Below, in pieces: positions 62,720 through 64,000 of a DNA stretch of 64,000 nt (position 1 is its first letter; every line of letters starts with the position of its first letter). The notes beneath the pieces are model-generated. The model had not been told where the DNA came from and did no database searches. It saw only the letters and a program-made list of their open reading frames with translations. The stretch is taken from contig NC_082707.1 of NCBI RefSeq assembly GCF_030144855.1, positions 13,702,001-13,766,000 on the forward strand. Reading direction: 5' to 3'. A program made the translations under genes and the position numbers. Source of the stretch: Hypanus sabinus. Its lineage: Eukaryota.

Positions 62720-64000
62720 GTCCACGCTGAGGGATTGGAGCAACGGGCAGGTATTCGGATTTCTGGATCGTTGGGACCACTTTTGGGGAAGGTGTGACCT
62801 GTACAAAAAAAGATGGGTTGCACTTGAATCCCAAGGAGAAGTTTGCTAAGGCTACTGGGGAGAGTTTAAACTAGAATTGTTGGGGGTGGGAACCGAACTG
62901 AAGAGACTGGGGAAGAGGAAGTTACCTTACAAATAGAGGAAGTTTGTAGACAATGCGAGAGAGAGAGGATGGAGAAGGGATGCGCTCATACCAAAGGCTT
63001 GAGATGTGTATATTTTAATGCAAGGAGGGTTGTGAACAATGTTTAACCAATCTATGAGAGTTTTTCCAGGACGTTAGAAGGAAAGTGGATTAAGGGAAGG
63101 GAGTGAATGTTGTATACATGGACAAGGTCACGCAGGGGAGGTTAGTTAGGAAGATTCAGTCGCCAGGAATACATGGAGAGGTAGTAAATTGCTTTAGACA
63201 CTGGCTCAATGGAAGAAACCAGAAAGTGGTAGTGGAGGATTGCTACTCTGAGTGGAGGCCTGTGACTAGTGGTGTGCCACAGGGATCGGTGCTAGGTCCA
63301 TTGTTATTTGCCATGTATATCAATGATCTAATGATAATGTGGCAAATTGGATCAGTAAATTGGCTGATGATACAAAGATTGGAGATGTAGTGTACAGTGA
63401 GGAAGGTTTTCAAAGCTTGCAGAGGGATTTGGACCATTTGGAGGAATGGGCTGAAAAATGGCAGAGATGGAGTTTATTGCGGACAAGTGTGAGGTATTGC
63501 ACTTCGGGAGGTCAAACCAAGCTAGAACATACAAGGTAAATGGTAGAACACTGAGGAGTGCAGTAGAACAGAGGGATCTGGGAGTACAGATACATAATTC
63601 CCTAAAAGTGGCGTCACAGGTGGATAGGGTCGTAAAGGGAGCTTTTGGTACATTGGCCTTTATAAGTCAAAGTATTGAGTATAAGAGTTAGAATATAATG
63701 GTGAGGTTGTATAAGACATTAGTGAGACCGAATTTGGAGTATAGTGTGCAGTTTTGGTCACCTAATAACAGGAAGGATATTAATAAGGTTGAAAGAGTGC
63801 AGAGAAGGTCTACAAGGATGTTGCCGGGACTTGAGAAACTGAGTTACAGAGAAAGGTTGAATAGGTTAGGACTTTATTTTCTGGAGTGTAGGAGAATGGA
63901 GGGTGATTTGATAGAGGTGTATAAAATGATGATGGGTATAGATAGAGTGAATGCAAGCAAGCTTTTTCCACTGAGGCGAGGGGAGAAAAAAACCAGAGGT
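62720..64000 (+). mobile_element. CR1 fragments (ORF1 end and RT to C-terminus), running off the window
   Basis: [23 protein letters not shown]; KLADDTKIG; DKCEVLHFG. Confidence 0.88.

Overview
This is vertebrate genomic DNA, most likely from a cartilaginous fish (ray, skate or shark); that call is an inference from the repeat landscape of CR1 LINEs, Penelope-like tails and Rex/Babar elements. The window holds part of a tandem cluster of V2R/OlfC (vomeronasal type-2, CaSR-like class C GPCR) genes, all on the minus strand. Two complete six-exon genes have intact frames and GT-AG introns: gene A at 25551-19133 (862 aa) and gene B at 53587-41484 (866 aa). Exon 1 of a third gene (C, 632-424) runs off the left edge, and decayed exon remnants of a fourth paralog lie near 4.7-7.9 kb. 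The rest is mostly degenerate transposable elements: CR1, Rex/Babar, Gypsy (chromovirus-like and Gmr1-like), two solo LTRs with target-site duplications (TSDs), Tc1-like and Penelope-like fragments, plus a 278-N assembly gap. The most notable observations are: (1) a TSD-flanked 536-bp insertion in gene A intron 4 that matches no repeat I recognise and could be a retroposed cellular or viral RNA; (2) upstream motifs at conserved positions in all three first exons; (3) a gene-conversion-like tract in the 7TM exon; (4) a CR1 with a twin-priming-type inversion nested in a solo LTR; (5) decayed hammerhead-ribozyme cores in Penelope-like repeats. No databases were searched. TE boundaries are approximate unless a TSD is given.
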